From contig NC_087450.1 of assembly GCF_036321535.1 (NCBI RefSeq), forward strand, positions 47,616,001-47,680,000: a stretch of DNA of 64,000 nucleotides, in the 5' to 3' direction. Positions 11,850-24,801 of the stretch are shown in pieces. The translations under genes were made by a program, and so were the position numbers. The stretch's first letter is position 1. The number at the start of each line of letters is the position of its first letter. The stretch is from Camelus dromedarius (Eukaryota). Below the pieces are notes generated by a model. That model made no database searches. It was not told the origin of the DNA and worked only from the letters and a program-made list of their open reading frames with translations.

Positions 11850-14800
11850 TTAATATTCTAAACAAAAATATAAAAAACAACCAACTGAAGACACTGGAGA
11901 CTGATCTGAAGCAGGCAGAAAGTAAAGGGTAGCCAACACTTGGAAAAAGACAACAGCACTAGGTAAGTTTTTAGTTTTTTATGGATTTTTGTCTCAGAGC
12001 AGGCCTCAATCAGAGCTCAAGGAGGTGGCTCAAATTCAGATAGAAATATGTAGTTTCAGATTCAAGAATTAGAATATAAAATTCAGGGCAACTAGAGCTG
12101 CAGGAAGTGAGAGAAGGAATGCTATGAATTCTGCAGACCGAATCTCTGACAGATCCTTGAACTATGTATGCACAAAGTAGACTCCATGCAGCCCAGCTAA
12201 AGCTAAAAAGGACTACACTGATTTCACGAGCTGCCAATTGAGGGAGAGACAAAGTTTGGAGTCTGTGTTCAGCCAAATTAACTGCCTGCTAAAACAAAAG
12301 CTGTATTCTTCAGAGGAACGTAACAAATCCAGACCTTTTACAATGTACCATTCATCATGTTTAAAATAAAGTCTAGAATCGCTAGACACACAAAGAAACA
12401 GGAAAATGTGACCATATTTAAAAGAAAGACAACCAGTGGAGACCAAGTCTGAGATGGCTCATATGTTGGAATTAGCAGACAAGGATTTTAGGTCAACTAT
12501 TACAGCTAGGTTTAAGTCAAAGGAAAATAAGGGAGGAGGGTATAGTTCAAGTGGCAGAGTGCATGCTTAGCATGCAGGAGGTCCTGGGTTCAATCCCCAG
12601 TACCTCCTCTAAAAATAAATAAACCTAATTACCTCCCCCCAAAAAAACCAAAAAAAAAAAAAAAGGGAAAAAAAGAAGTTAATGGAAAATATACTCCTAA
12701 CGAATGGATAGAAAAATCTCAGCAGAGAAATAGAGACTGAAAAATAACCAAGTGGGAAATACAGCTCTTAAATTTAAAAAACAAACTTGAATGGGCTTAA
12801 TGGCACATTAGAAATGACATAAAAAAGAGTCAGTGAACCTGAACCCAAATCATTAGAATACACCCAGTCTGAAAACAGAAATTGAAAAGATTGGAAAATG
12901 AATAGAACTGCAGTGATAAGAGGCAATAGTGAAAAGTTCAACAAGTTGATAACTGGAGTCTCATAACTGATAAATTAAAGAATGGAGCAGGAAAGAAACA
13001 AAACAAAACTGAAGAAATAACGGCTAGGATGAAAACTTCAACATTTAAGGAAGACAGAATAACAGGGAATATATTTACTCTCCCACCTTAAAAAAAAAAA
13101 AAAGGGGAAACAACAGTTCCCATGACACTGAACATCAAGCTATGAAGGACAACGGCTCCTGAGATACAGAAAACAAGGTTAGCCCTATAATAGCTCGTTA
13201 GTGCCTGGAGAGAATTCCAGCCTGTGGCACGGAGAGGAGGAAAGCAGGTAGAACCCACCTTTCTCCCTGAAATGAGGGGAGTTGTAAATCTGGAGAGGCC
13301 AGGGAAGTTATAGTTCATAGGGTGGAGTACCATAGAAAGGAAAGTCACACAGGGAAAGAGCTTTGGGGATCTGCAGAGAATTAGATCTGTAGGGGGTACC
13401 CCTTGGGTCTTCAGCTGAATGCTGAACACTATACATATGTGGGGAAACTACCCAGAGAAACGCTGGGCAAAGAAGTACCTGAAAGAATTCGGGGAACAAT
13501 CCCTAGAGGCCACAGAGGCCCAGGAGTTATTTAAGCTTCAAGCAAACGATTAAACATGTAACTGTATTTCCCAAAAGGAGAGGAGGTGGGACAGAAACAA
13601 TATTTAAAAAAGAATGGCTGAAATTTTTCCAAATGTGTTGGGAAGTATATGCCCACAGATACAAGAGGTTCAATGAACTCTAAGCAGTGGAGAATGTAAA
13701 ACAGCCACTGTGGGAAACAGCAGGCAGTTCCTCAAAGTGTTAAACACATAATTACCATATGACCTAGCAACTTCATTCTTAGGTTATACACCCAAGATAT
13801 GTGAAANNNNNNNNNNNNNNNNNNNNNNNNNNNNNNNNNNNNNNNNNNNNNNNNNNNNNNNNNNNNNNNNNNNNNNNNNNNNNNNNNNNNNNNNNNNNNN
13901 NNNNNNNNNNNNNNNNNNNNNNNNNNNNNNNNNNNNNNNNNNNNNNNNNNNNNNNNNNNNNNNNNNNNNNNNNNNNNNNNNNNNNNNNNNNNNNNNNNNN
14001 NNNNNNNNNNNNNNNNNNNNNNNNNNAAAAGGCTGTTACTAAGAACCACATACTATATGATTTCATTTGTATAAAATGTCCAGAATAGACAAAGCGGATT
14101 AGTGGTTGCCAGAGACCAGGGGAGAAGGGAATGGAGAGTGACTGCTGAAGGGTATAAATTTTCTTTGGGGGGTGATGAAAATGTTCTGGAATTTGATAGT
14201 GGTGATGGTTATACAACCTTGTGGATATACTACAAACTACTGAATTACACACTTTAAAGTAGTGAATTTTATGGTATATGAACTATATCTCAATAATAAA
14301 AACTCAACAACAAAATAACTCAATTTAAAAATGGGAAAAATATTTGAACAAACACTTCATTAATGAATATATATAAATGGCAAGTAAGATATGACAAGAT
14401 GCTCAACATCATTAGTCATTAGGGAAATGCAAACTAAAAACACAATGAGATGCCACTCCACATCTTTCAGAATTTCTCAAATGTAAAAGACTACACACAC
14501 AAAGATTATACCAAATGCTAGCTAGGACGTGAAACATTGGAACTCTTATACACTGCTAGCGGAAATATAAAATAATACAGTAACTTTGGAAAACTGTTTG
14601 GCAGTTTCATAAAAAGTTAAGTTCATTTATCAGATGACCCAGCCACTCCTTAACTATTTACTCAAGAGAAATGAAAACATATCTCCATGCAAAGACATGT
14701 GCATGAATATTCCTTTTAGCTTTATTTGTAATAGCCAAAAACTATAAAGAACCCAAATGTCCTTCAAGAGAATGGACAAACTGGGATATATAGCATTTAG

Positions 14801-15200
14801 CTGGGATATACAGCATTTAGCTAAAAAAAAAAAAAAAAAAAAAAAAAGAATGAAGTATTTATACATGCAGCACCATGAACTGCAAAGTAATTATGCTGAG
14901 TGAAAGAAGCCAAACAAAAAGAATACATACCAAAAGATTATATTTGTATAAAAATTTTAAAATGCAAAATAAACTACAGGGATGAAAACCAGGCAGGGAG
15001 GGAAGGAGGGAGGGGTTACAAAGGGACACAATGAATAAACTTTGGGAGTAGTGAATATGTTCAGTATCTTGACTGAAGTGATACTGTCATGTGTGAATAC
15101 ATAGGTCAGAACGTATGAAACTACACTTAAAATATATGCAGTTTATTGTATATCAAGTATACCCCAAGCTGTGTAGTAAAAAGGTTAAAATCTTGGGGGG
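11850..15200 (+). mobile_element. Composite of old L1 fragments (5'/ORF1, nested L1MB 3' end about 13690-14300, L1 3' end)
   Basis: Several recognisable L1 blocks, with a SINE inserted at 12531. Confidence 0.7.
12531..12675 (+). mobile_element. tRNA-Ala-derived SINE (vic-1 type) with approximate 16-nt TSD
   Basis: Same head and tail as the 4918 copy. TSD aagtcaaaggaaaata (12514) and aagttaatggaaaata (12676). Confidence 0.85.
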
Positions 15201-15482
15201 AAAAAAAACCCCACACAACATACGTAACTGTGGGTGATGCAGCTAAAGCAGTGCTTCAGGAGAAACTTAATAACTCTGTTATATTAGGAAAGGTATATAA
15301 CCAATGACCAGTGGTGATTCCACATTGAGAAGTTAGAAAACGAAGAGCAAAGTAAATACAAAGTTGGTAGAAAAAAGGAGATAAGAAGCAGAACGAAACA
15401 GAAAACATAGAAAAATAATATATTTAACACAAGCCATTTCTCATTGCAACTACCCAAGTATAAACTTCAAAATGCCATACTA

Positions 15483-15659
<177 letters not shown>

Positions 15660-16049
15660 TTACTTTCTCTTCTGTTTAATTAATAATCAATATTTGTGGC
15701 CATGAACGGACGTGGAATGGATTCTGGACATCAGACATCCACGCTTTCCTTAACAAGAGAGGCCTCCACTACAGACTACTGCGGATGTCTTCAGCGCCAG
15801 CCTCCCTGTAAGCAGGGGAGTTCCGGCACCCACCCGCCGCCCCCTGGAGTTCCAGGCTTCCCACAGCGTCCATTCGCGCCGGTGTGGCAATTATCAGCCT
15901 GGCTTCTAGGAGTCGCGTTTGCAGCTTTCTGACTTTGAATGGGCAGTTACAGCTTTCTGGCTACTGAAGCACACACAGGTTGGGCCTCTTAAGAGAAGGA
16001 AGGAAGGACTTTTGAACAAACATTTCTTGTCTTCGAGCTCTGAGAGGCC

Positions 16050-16780
16050 CAAACCGCCCCACGGCCCCGACCACGCCAGAGGTAGACCTACAGCCCCCAC
16101 GACTCCACCCCGTCCCTCCTACCCCGCGGGCAAGATGCGTGCGGCCTCCGTCCTGCCTGGCAGGGAGGTTGCTGACCGCGACCGATACCTCAGCTCCCCT
16201 CCCCAGACTGGGAAGGCCTCTGGCTCCCCTGCACCACGCGGGGACCCAGGCCGACGGCCCACGGCCCCTGAGTTGGCGGCGGCAGCGGGAGGGTGAGCCC
16301 GCCCCGGACACCCGCCTCGACCCAGCTCGAACCCGTCGCCACGGGATGTGAGAACGTTTCGCGTCCAGTGTCTCCAGACGCAGCAGCCTCTCCGCCGCGG
16401 CGGACAACTAGTCCGCGCGGCGCCGAAGCGAGTGGAGGACTCCGAATTCCGTGGGGTCTCCGAGTCCGGAGACCCGACCGCTGCGACCCTGAGCCCCGCG
16501 CAACTGCGCTCCCGCAACCCGGTCCACGGAGAAGGAACCTGGAAAGCCGTACCGCCGGCCAGCGGGCTGACCGTGCATTCGGGAAGCAGCGGTAGCGCTT
16601 CTCGGTGACGGGCAGCTGTCACAGCCAATACCTGAGCACGTCGTCCTCTAGCCCCGCCTTCCCTCTGCCGTTGACGGGCGCCTGCGCCGTACGCCGGGAG
16701 AGTGCTGGGCTCCATCCCTAATACCCTAGTGTCTTCCCTCAGGTCTGGCGCATCGCGCTTCCCCCAGCCCACTGTGCCTC
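16050..16780. promoter_or_regulatory. CpG island; divergent promoter region of FAM228B (-) and PFN4 (+)
   Basis: High GC and dense CpG, lying between the two head-to-head first coding exons (15587 and 17433). Confidence 0.8.
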
Positions 16781-17432
16781 CTGTGCATCTCCCCAGCCAA
16801 CCAGTGGACACTAACCCCCTCCCTCGCCCTCAGTAACCCTGATTCAGGGAGGCCCCCGTGGGCCAAGTCACCGCGAAGGGTGTGGTGGGCAAGAGGCACC
16901 TGCCTCAGTGTCCCTTGGAAGGACGAGTGTTTGTGGAGTGTGTCCCAATGAAGGATGGTGCAAGAAGACTTGAGAACTTGCGCGAATGTCGCTTTGAGTA
17001 CCTTAAGGATGTTTTTAGTCGCATGGAGTGTTGACCAGTGTCCATAGTTGGTGCTGATGCTGGTCAGTGGGAAAGGAACGTGTGGACACAGCATATTTTG
17101 TTTAGTCTTGTTTATTTAAGTGGTTCTACATTTCGTCAGGTTTTTTATTTTTGATTTTTAATCCTAGATGATTATGATGCAAACCATTGACAAAGCTGTG
17201 ATTTTCCAAACTCATAACCCTCTCACTGAACTGACTTTCTATGATTGTTTTCCTCTTCAAGTACTGGTGGACGCTAGATGATGGACCGCCATATTCACTC
17301 TTTATCTTTTCAAAGAGCATGTGCTGACATTAAAACTGTCCAGAGTGTCTTAAGGATATTTGTATTCACAGGCCTTTTAAAAACTAGCCAGGGCAGATCA
17401 TTTCAACTGCAGTTGCCTTTTTCAGAGGAAGC

Positions 17433-17549
17433 ATGAGCCATTTGCAGAACTTACTGTTAGATACCCTACTGGGAACGAAACATGTGGACAGTGCAGCCCT
17501 CATCAAACTCCAGGAGCGGAGCCTTTGTGTAGCATCACCAGGATTCAGT
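17433..17549 (+). CDS. PFN4: Profilin-4 coding exon 1
   Basis: Acceptor ttcag at 17421-17425, ATG at 17433, donor AGT|gtaaga. 39 codons. Confidence 0.95.
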
Positions 17550-17569
17550 GTAAGAAAAAACGAGTTTGG

Positions 17570-17903
17570 GCGTAAGAGTTTAAAACTTTCTGTAAAGGTC
17601 CATAGTAAATATTTTAGGTTTCTGGGCCTTATGGTCTCCATCACAACTACACAACTACTCTGCAGTTGTAATGGGAAAGATGCCATAGGCAATACATAAA
17701 AGAATGGGTATGACTGTGCTCCAATAAAACTTTATGAACACTGCAATTTGAATTTCATATAGTTTTTACACATCACAAAGTATTATTTTGGGTTTTTTTC
17801 CCCCCAACTACTTAAAAATGTAAAAACCATTCTTAGCTTGCAGGCCTACAAAAACTGGTATTGGCCCAAATTTCACCAGCCCACCACAGTATACCAACTT
17901 CTA
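17570..17903 (+). mobile_element. MER58B-like hAT MITE in a PFN4 intron
   Basis: aaactttctgtaaagg…atagtaaatattttagg…ccaataaaacttta…aaaaaccattcttagc matches the recalled MER58B consensus. Confidence 0.8.
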
Positions 17904-17922
17904 GTCTATTTAACCTCTGCAG

Positions 17923-18060
17923 GTAATGCCCCGTGATGTCCGAACACTTGTTAATGGATTCGCCAAGAACCCTTTGATAGCCAGAAGAGAAGGATTGTAT
18001 TTCAAGGAGAAGGACTACAAATGTATCCGGGCAGATGAGTATTCTCTTTATGCTAAGAAT
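17923..18060 (+). CDS. PFN4: Profilin-4 coding exon 2
   Basis: ctgcag|GTA ... AAT|gtgagt, 138 nt. [17 protein letters not shown]...SLYAKN. Confidence 0.95.
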
Positions 18061-18489
18061 GTGAGTGTTCCAGATTTGAAGACAACTGGGTTAAAAACCT
18101 TAAGAATTTGACTCCAATTTTCTGTGCCCCTCCTGATCCTATCTCTGAAACAGGCTAAGCCCATGACTGCAATGGCAGTGTTTGAGATAGCAAGCAGTCT
18201 AATGCCAGGAAGGCATATGTAAAAGAAGGTACTGACAGAGAAGCCTAAATTTGAGAAATGTTCATTCCAGAATTCATCACCTGAACCTTGCCTGAACTGT
18301 GCCTCTCCACTACAATTCATCCTTCATATTCTACATTCTTCTTTTTTCAAAAAGTGGTATCATTCTTGTGCTTAAGGCCTCTCTTGGTTCTCTGTGGCCT
18401 TAAAGGAATTAAAGAGATGAGAGTCACATTTCTGGATGGCCCTATATTATGGGTTAGGCACACTTCACCCACATTAAAAATTAAGTAGC

Positions 18490-18600
18490 CTCATTTACAG
18501 GTGAGGAAACTGAGGCTTGACAAGGTTAAATAAATAACTCTTCCATAATCATACAGCAGAAAATGGAGGGCTGGGATTCAAGCCCAGAGCTATATAATTC
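18490..18600 (-). mobile_element. MIR remnant
   Basis: catttacaggtgaggaaactgaggc...ctgggattcaagcccag. Confidence 0.7.
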
Positions 18601-18872
18601 CAAAATGTATTTCCTTTCCATGACATCAGTTGTTCTCATTGGGATAGGGGTATATTACAATCAACTGGGAAACTTTTTTCAAAATATACATGCTGTTCTT
18701 GCAGTCTGAAACTTTTTGAGGAAAGACAACTAAATTAGAGAAAAAGAAAGGAGAGTCCAAAATTAAATTATGAATATAGAAGTCAGGAAATGGTGAAAAA
18801 TGTGGCTGGAGCATTACTGCTAGTCCTGTGATTGGAACCAAGAGAACGGCATTCTGTTTTATTCTGATCCAG

Positions 18873-18978
18873 GAAAATACTGGTGTCGTTGTTGTGAAGA
18901 CCCAGCTGTATCTTCTGGTGGCAACTTACACTGAGGGCATGTATCCTAGTGTCTGTGTGGAAGCCACAGAGAAGCTGG
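18873..18978 (+). CDS. PFN4: Profilin-4 coding exon 3
   Basis: atccag|GAA ... CTG G|gtaagt, 106 nt. [35 protein letters not shown]. Confidence 0.95.
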
Positions 18979-20994
18979 GTAAGTCTCTCTCAATGCCTGT
19001 CTTTATTCCCTACCGTAGTCAAGTCTTCTGACTGCAGATAACCCAATCCAATCAGCTAGGGCAGAAAGGAGGAATTTATTAGAAGGATTCTGGGGCTCCT
19101 TAAAACCACTGGAAGGATGGAGTGCAGCTGAGCCACAGGGGAGATGGATTCCAGAAACTGGAACACTACTGGAACTCTTCTCTAGTCTAAGATCAGCTTT
19201 GTTCCATCCCATTGCAAAATGCCTCCTTTCCTGGTGGTATCACGGCCAAGCTTTGCATGCTACCTCAGTTTCTTTTAGATCCCTGATCTGCATCATATGG
19301 TTTACCCTTATATCAGTCAGCTGGGGGATCTGGGAGGGCAGGGTGAAAAAGCAGAGATGTAGCTGTTGGGGGCCACCCTATATAAAAGGACCTTTTACAG
19401 AAAAAGAAATTACTGTGAGCCAGGCAGTCAACTTGTTGGTGTCCACTGCATTCTCCTTCCATGTCTGTTTTTGAATAAAGATCTAACGTAGAACTGGGAA
19501 ATTTTATCTACTGAGAGTTGAGCTTAATAAATGATAAACTGTGTTTGTGTTTAGATTTTTTAATCTAAATTTAAATTTCTAAAAAAAAAAACCTGTTGGA
19601 GTTTTTGAACATTCCTTTGAAATAGTAGAAGCCTCTACTTCTGCTAGTGAGGAAAGCAGCCATTCTTTCATTCTTTCAGCAAATCCTGTGATAACCTCCA
19701 CATCCACTGCACTATCCTAATGAGCTAGGAAGTCAAAGCAGGTTAAAGTCAAGTCTGCCTTCCATGTCTCTCTATATGCTTTCCTGTCTGCCTGAAATAC
19801 CTTCCCTTTCTGTCCTTGCCCTTTCAGATCCAACTGGCAAATTCCTAATCATCACTGAAAACCAAGTAAGAACTTGAGTTTCTCTCCACTGTGCTATTTT
19901 ATGCATACTTTTATATTTTTATCTACCTTACAGTCCTTTATCTACCTAGATTGTGAGCCCCTAGAAGGCAAGAATTCTGTCTTAATCATCCTCCTATCTC
20001 CAGTGTCTAATGATGAGACAGTGTCTAATGATGAGTAGGCAATTAACACATGTTTGATGAACAAATAAATTAATGACATCTGCCTAGCAGAATCAGGGAG
20101 GGCTTCAAAGAGCTGAATCTTAAAGGATTAATTGAGAAAGTAACTACATCACAGAAATTATACACCCCACACACACACAAATGTATAGACCTTCGCAGTT
20201 GTCATAAATAATTCCCTGGCATGGATTGTCATAAACCATGCTACACAGCTGGCAATGAGGTATTCTAGGAGCAAAGAGGACTAAGCATGGGTAAGATGCA
20301 ATTTAGGAAGCACCTAACAGAAGGGGTGAACTCCAACTTGAGAGGAACAGGCAAGTACAACCATCAAGGACCCTTCCTGAGCAGGTGTTGGGATTTAAGG
20401 CAGGTTCAGTTTCAGTAGAGTGTGGCAGGAGCAAGAAGGCAGAACAGAGACTTCTATATCAGGGCTAATTATCTAATTAAAGGTGTCCAGAAAATAAGGC
20501 TAGGAAAATGGGCAATTAAGCTGTCAAGAAGCCGGATTCTATCCTATCAGATGGGGCCCAGGGCTAATTCCCCAGGTCTCCTGTGGAGAAGACCAGAGAA
20601 GTTTCATGATCACTATAATGTAGAGTCTGTGGCTGGCACTAAAGAGTGCTTAAAGCCACAAAAGACTCCAAAGAATGTGTTGTAGTTAGAAGGACAAGGC
20701 TGACATCATTCCACTGAGATCTCACTGCTCTGGGAAGGGATAGACTATCTTGGAAGTGGTTGGATGCTCAGAGGGATGGATGAAGCTGGTTACCTGTCTC
20801 ATATCTCATCACTCAGAGCCGGTTACCTGTCTCATATCTCATCACTTACTTCTTATTTCCTTCACTTGTTTTCCTTTTAATTACATTTATGTTTATTAAA
20901 AAGTATACTTGATAATTATAGAAAACTTGGGAAATACAGAATTACGACTATTAAAACTTCTCATTATGAAGGATTTTAGGAGCATTATACATAC

Positions 20995-21058
20995 ATTATA
21001 TATATGAATTATATTATTATATACATACATTATATATATATATATGAATATATATATA
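20995..21058. repeat. Imperfect (AT)n microsatellite
   Basis: Visible TA/ATTAT run. Confidence 0.85.
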
Positions 21059-21264
21059 TTCCCTTACTAGACAGTGAACTCCCTGAGGGAGGGAGGAACT
21101 AGGTCTTAACTGTCCAGTCATCCTTGTACCTCCAGGTACTTAGCACAGTGCCCAGCATGTGGTAGTCACTCACAAATGTGTGTGGGATAAAAAAAATGAA
21201 TGAATGAATCATATTGTGATAATATACTGTTCACAAATAATCACCATGTTCTGTTGCCTTTCAG

Positions 21265-21293
21265 GAGACTATCTAAGAAGAAAAGGAAATTAA
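21265..21293 (+). CDS. PFN4: Profilin-4 last coding exon
   Basis: cctttcag|GA GAC TAT CTA AGA AGA AAA GGA AAT TAA completes GDYLRRKGN*. Confidence 0.92.
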
Positions 21294-24039
21294 GTTATCA
21301 GAGGATGATCAAAGACAATCTTAATGATTTTAGAAGAAAACTACAGATCTTAAAGAAAAAACTAATGCCTATGCTGTGGCTGAAAAACACTAGGCTGAAG
21401 ATGCTGGAAGGAAGAATGAGCTGAGGAAGCAATTTTTCTTATTTCAAGAGATCCTCTTCTTTAATTGGAATTATTTGATCTACTTTACTTGTTCTTCTTT
21501 TTTTTTTTTTAAGTGTTGGTTATTGGCATGAATGGGAGGGCGCCAATAGTTTCACAGGGCATATCTGTTGGGAGACTCCTCCATGAATCCCTTGTATTCC
21601 CACACATCTTTCTGGGTATGCCAAGAATGCAAGGCCCTCACCACTCTTCATGCAGGCTATTTCAGGGTTATGCTGCAGGAAGCAACCGTGAATAATGAAG
21701 TAACGTCTCCCTTCAGAACAAAGAGCCAGCGTGCTTACTACTTGCTATAAAAAAGGTAAATTCCCTGAACTAATGTTCCAGTCCTATAGTGCAGCTCACC
21801 CTGCACTGTCGCAACCATCTGGTCCACATCACCCCTGTGGGACTTGGGGAGAAAGGGAACTGATGCAAAGGCCACCCAACAATGGGCCAGGAGTCAAGGT
21901 ATCTGATGAACATTCCACATTCCCCACCATCTGCAGGTATCTAATTTTGTTAAGCATTGGAAAGACCTTTTCAAAAATCAACTCAAAAAGATTTTTGACT
22001 CCATCTCCCTCACTTCCTTGTAGTCCACAAAACTTAGTATGGTCAGTGAATGCAACCTTCCCCAGAAAGAGTTCATCTCCTCTTGGCCACCTCCTAGGTG
22101 ATGACTGGAACAATATGGGGGGAGAGTTATATAACCTATTTCAAAAATTCAGGATTCTGCCCTGATCCTTCCTGGACATGTGCCTCTTTCTCTCTCCTAA
22201 TAGCAACCTTAGGCCAGCCTGGTTGGTACACCCTCCAAGTGTCCCTGGGGAGGGAATACCACAGACCACTGGCAATTTTTGACATGATCATGCAGTTTTT
22301 GAATTCTAAAAGCATGCTGTCTTGGGCAAGGTGTCTCTTATTAGTGTTTATAAAATTCTCCCATTTTCAGGCTTTGTGTAATAGCCTTTCAATACTACTT
22401 CTTTTCTGAGCTTAGTTGTCAAGAACTATAGATTTATTCTTGGTGGTCAACCTTACCACTAGTCCATACATTCATTTATCTGTTCAGATGCTTGATTCTT
22501 TTTTGAACAAGAGGTAAAAAAGCATTTAAAATTCACTTATGTAGCATTCATTGAGTAGCCTACTGTGTGCTAAGTACTGGTGATACAAAAGTAAATAATA
22601 TATGTATCCCACCCCAGATGGGATTACAAGCTAGTTGGGAAAACAAATTTACAAATGAGTCCATTACCAGACGATAAATGCTGTAACAGATATAAAAAGA
22701 GAACTATAAAGCACAAAGCCTGAGGCAACCAGCTCTTCATTCAGGAGCCTGCAAATATATTTGAAGTGACTCTGGAAGAATAAGTAAAGATAGAAGAGAA
22801 TGAAAAGCATTCCAGGTCTAAGAAACAGGATATGCAAATTCCTGTTGTGTGAAAAGAATGGTAAGAAGTTCAATGTGGCTAGAAAGTAGTATATATGGGA
22901 GATTGATAAATGAAACTGCAAAGGTGAATGAGGCCTAAGGAGAAAAGGCGACTTTCTTCAGGGTCACACAGGCCATCAAGCAGTGCTGTGGTATACACAA
23001 AGTAATACACACTTATACCTAAACTTGAGAAAGTAAGTTACTCATAATTTCACATTAAATGAAAACTAATGTTGATACTTTTTATTTTCTTCCAGGCTTT
23101 TTTTCAGTGTTCATAATATATACATTTTAACCTAACCTAGATCAGCAATACATATGGTTGACAACCCACTCTGTTCACTTTCATTTATGAAGCCTTGAAT
23201 ATCACTAAAATTGCTCAGAAAATATTTTTAATCATTGCATATCACATGATATTTAGGTTATTTCCACTTTTGCACTTCATAAATAACATTGTAGTTTATA
23301 ACTTGTACATAATTCTTTGTGTCTCATGATTTCCTTAGGTCTGAAAGTAGAATTTCAGAGCAAATTTATAGCTCTCTGGAGTTTTTGTTGTTTTGTTAAC
23401 ACAGAAGGAGTTTTATATGGTTTATAAAAGGTAATTGGGAGGGAGTTTTGGGGGGGGGAAGGGAGGAAGGTGTATGTAATTCAGCTCTAACTCATCAGTT
23501 TCCTATGCTTGTGGGATTGGGGCTGAGGCTGTCTTCCCAAGTGCCCCAATAAATGAGAATGAGAGGAAATGCAGCCAGTTAAACTGGCTGAGTCAGAGAC
23601 CAGAGAGGCAGGTTACTATTTGAATCCAGATAGTGCTAAATCATAGTGACACTGGACAGTTGCTCCTGTAGAATACAGAGATGTACAATACAGAGACACT
23701 CATGAGGTTTACAGGATAAGCCAGGAAGCATTTGGGGACTTCTAGGTACAACTCCAGAGGAGGCCATGCATGCCAAGGCCAAGAGCTAAACAGAAGGCTG
23801 GGCTATTAATGCTCTGGGTTAACATTATGCTGTATCATCAAAACAAAATGGACTAGAGCAGAAGCATGCAAAAAATGGTGCTCAGGCCCACAACACTTGA
23901 ACATCTGAACCTAATGATATGTGTAGAAGGAATGTGTAACCATAGGAAGTGGAAGCTGATCAGCCAGGGAAGCCTAGACAAGGAGTCCCTGGAGCAAATG
24001 CTGGCTGGGCTGTTCAAGATGGGAGGAACCTTGAGCAAA

Positions 24040-24801
24040 CAATTCAAGTTGTCTGGTATTTTCTAGCAGCAACTCTGACACCAACTGATGTCCTACAATT
24101 CAATCCCATTTGACACTAACTACCTGGAATTAATGCAGACCCCACAGACTAAGGCGCTCAGATCCATAAGACTGCCTTCATTTCAAATGTCAGCCACAAC
24201 TCCTGGGTCCCCAGACTACTCAGACTTCTGACTTGGTTACAAATTTGAGGGTTCCTTTGACCCCACTTTGGTTTGATAATTTGCTAGAATGACTCAATGA
24301 ACTCAAGAAAGTGCTATACTTATGATTACAGTTTTATTATAAAGAATACAATTCAGGAACAGCCAAGTGGAAGAAATACTTAGGGCAGGGTCCTGGAGGT
24401 AGGGCACAGGGGCTCAGAGCTTCCATGCTTTGGTGAACCACCCTCCCAGAATATCAATTCACCAACCAGGTAGCTCTCCAAACCTCATTCTAGAGTTTCT
24501 ATTTGGGGTTTCATTAGTAGGCATGATTGATTAAGTCACTGGCCACATGATTGAACTTAATCTCTGGTCCCTCTCCCCTCCCCAGAGATCAGGGGTTGAA
24601 GCTAAAAATTTCAACCCTCTAATCTAATCCTCTAGTGACTGGCCCCATCCTGAAGCTATGTAGCCCTTCACTCCCCACCATGAGTTATCTCATTAGCATG
24701 AATAACAAAACACACTCCTATCACTCAGGAAATCCCAGGAGTTTCAAAGCTCTGTGCCAGAAAACAGGTACAAAGACTAAATACATATTTACTATATCAC
24801 T
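24040..24801 (-). mobile_element. MER21-like ERVL solo LTR
   Basis: Minus strand begins gtgatatagtaaatatgtatttagtc...ctggcacagagc. The ctgacaccaactg...tcctacaattc and cataagactgcc motifs lie at the other end. Confidence 0.7.

Larger units (their letters stand above)
17433..21293 (+). other. PFN4: PFN4 (profilin-4) gene, complete CDS span, 129 aa
   Basis: join(17433..17549,17923..18060,18873..18978,21265..21293) = 390 nt. Reads [25 protein letters not shown]...EATEKLGDYLRRKGN*. Confidence 0.96.

Noticed and set aside
15696-16811. Several long overlapping ORFs (up to 230 aa) in the FAM228B/PFN4 CpG island
   Set aside because: Pro/Arg/Gly-rich, open on both strands; expected from stop-codon scarcity in GC-rich DNA, with no family resemblance.
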